NCBI GenBank assembly: GCA_963845565.1
Contig: CAWJSJ010000005.1
Span: 768,001-832,000 of the forward strand
Origin: an uncultured Methylomirabilota bacterium
GTDB taxonomy: Bacteria; Methylomirabilota; Methylomirabilia; Methylomirabilales; 2-02-FULL-66-22
Reading direction: 5' to 3'
DNA length: 64,000 nucleotides
Below the pieces are notes generated by a model. The model was not told where the DNA came from. It did no database searches and saw nothing but the letters and a program-made list of their open reading frames with translations. Every line of letters begins with the position of its first letter. Positions within the stretch are counted from its first letter, which is position 1. Shown here piece by piece: positions 62,949 through 64,000 of the stretch. A program made the position numbers and the translations under genes.

Positions 62949-63005
62949 AGCCGAGAGCCGAGAGCGGAGAGAGTTGATTTCGTAACGGCTCCTAAGGGGG
63001 AATTC

Positions 63006-64000
63006 ATGGCGGGGAAAAAGGCCTGGGGCGGGCGCTTCAGCACCGAGACCCACAAGCAAGTGGAGGCGTTCACCGCCTCCATCGACTTCGACCGGCGGCT
63101 GGCGCCCTACGACATTACGGGGAGCATCGCCCACGCCCGGATGCTGGCGAAATGCGGCATCCTGACCAAGGCAGAGGCGGACGCGATCGTGGGCGGACTG
63201 GAGGAGATCCGGGAGGAGATCGCCCGGGGGGACTTCCGCTACGATCATGCGCTGGAAGACATCCACATGCACGTGGAGCGGCGCCTGACCGACAAGATCG
63301 GCGAGGTCGGCGGGAAGCTGCATACCGCCCGAAGCCGGAACGACCAGGTGGCGCTGGACCTCCGTCTCTATCTGCGGGACACGATCGGCGCCATTCGCGA
63401 TGGGATTCGGACGCTGCAGTCGGTGTTCGTCTCCAAGGCCGAGGTGCACCTGAACACGGTGATGCCCGGCTATACCCACCTCCAGCGAGCCCAACCGATC
63501 CTGCTGGCGCACCACCTGCTGGCCTATTTCGAGATGTTCCAGCGAGATCGGGACCGGCTCGCCGACTGTCTGACGCGGGTGAACGTCCTGCCGCTGGGGG
63601 CCGGGGCCCTGGCCGGGACCCCGTTTCCCATCGACCGGGCGTATGTGGCCAAGCTCCTGGGTTTCCCCACGGTGGCGGCCAACAGCGAGGACGCGGTGTC
63701 CGACCGGGACTTCGCGGTGGAGTTCCTGAGCTGTTGCGCCATCTTGGCCATGCACATCTCCCGACTGGCGGAAGAGTTGATCCTGTGGGCCAGCGCGGAG
63801 TTCGGCTTCATCGAGCTGCCCGATGCCTTCGCCACCGGCTCCAGCATCATGCCGCAGAAGAAGAACCCGGACGTGGCCGAGCTATCCCGAGGCAAGACCG
63901 GGCGCGTGTACGGCGACCTGGTGAGCCTGCTCACCATCTTGAAGGGTCTGCCGATGAGCTACAACCGGGACCTCCAGGAGGACAAGGAGCCGGTCTTCGA
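63006..64000 (+). CDS. argH: Argininosuccinate lyase (partial, runs off window)
   Basis: Read manually: [39 protein letters not shown]. Confidence 0.95.
   Translation, partial: MAGKKAWGGRFSTETHKQVEAFTASIDFDRRLAPYDITGSIAHARMLAKCGILTKAEADAIVGGLEEIREEIARGDFRYDHALEDIHMHVERRLTDKIGEVGGKLHTARSRNDQVALDLRLYLRDTIGAIRDGIRTLQSVFVSKAEVHLNTVMPGYTHLQRAQPILLAHHLLAYFEMFQRDRDRLADCLTRVNVLPLGAGALAGTPFPIDRAYVAKLLGFPTVAANSEDAVSDRDFAVEFLSCCAILAMHISRLAEELILWASAEFGFIELPDAFATGSSIMPQKKNPDVAELSRGKTGRVYGDLVSLLTILKGLPMSYNRDLQEDKEPVF

Overview
High-GC bacterial chromosomal window. Gene content and order look Methylomirabilota/Rokubacteria- or deltaproteobacteria-like, but that is a weak inference. (1) 1-23.7 kb, minus strand: a Wzx/Wzy-type exopolysaccharide operon (wza, wzc, Wzy/O-antigen ligase, flippase, GT2/GT4/GT-C glycosyltransferases, methyltransferases, AsnB-type amidotransferase, PHP-like protein). 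(2) 23.8-28.0 kb, the most interesting part: a candidate RiPP cassette. It has a radical SAM/SPASM enzyme, two paralogous 61/66-aa Cys-containing precursor peptides (YxKP leader, identical GEETAAVPNCKR block, both ending RGS), an HprK-like kinase, a stand-alone PqqD/RRE and a nucleotidyltransferase, and it directly abuts the EPS operon. (3) HD-GYP and ExeA-like ATPase genes, polyamine genes (speD, speE, Orn/Lys/Arg decarboxylase), then secDF-recJ and gmhA-dac-LysM-dprA-topA-trmFO. (4) A roughly 7.5-kb defence insert (pRiA4b ORF-3, MNT, truncated HEPN, heavily frameshifted type III-like Mod/Res) between trmFO and xerC. (5) xerC-hslVU, a REC-GAF protein, argB-argD-argF, an SDR and partial argH. 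Two copies of a ~125-bp palindromic MITE/REP-like element and several short-unit repeat tracts lie in intergenic spaces. Many frameshifts look like sequencing indels. All family calls come from motif reading by eye; no searches were run.
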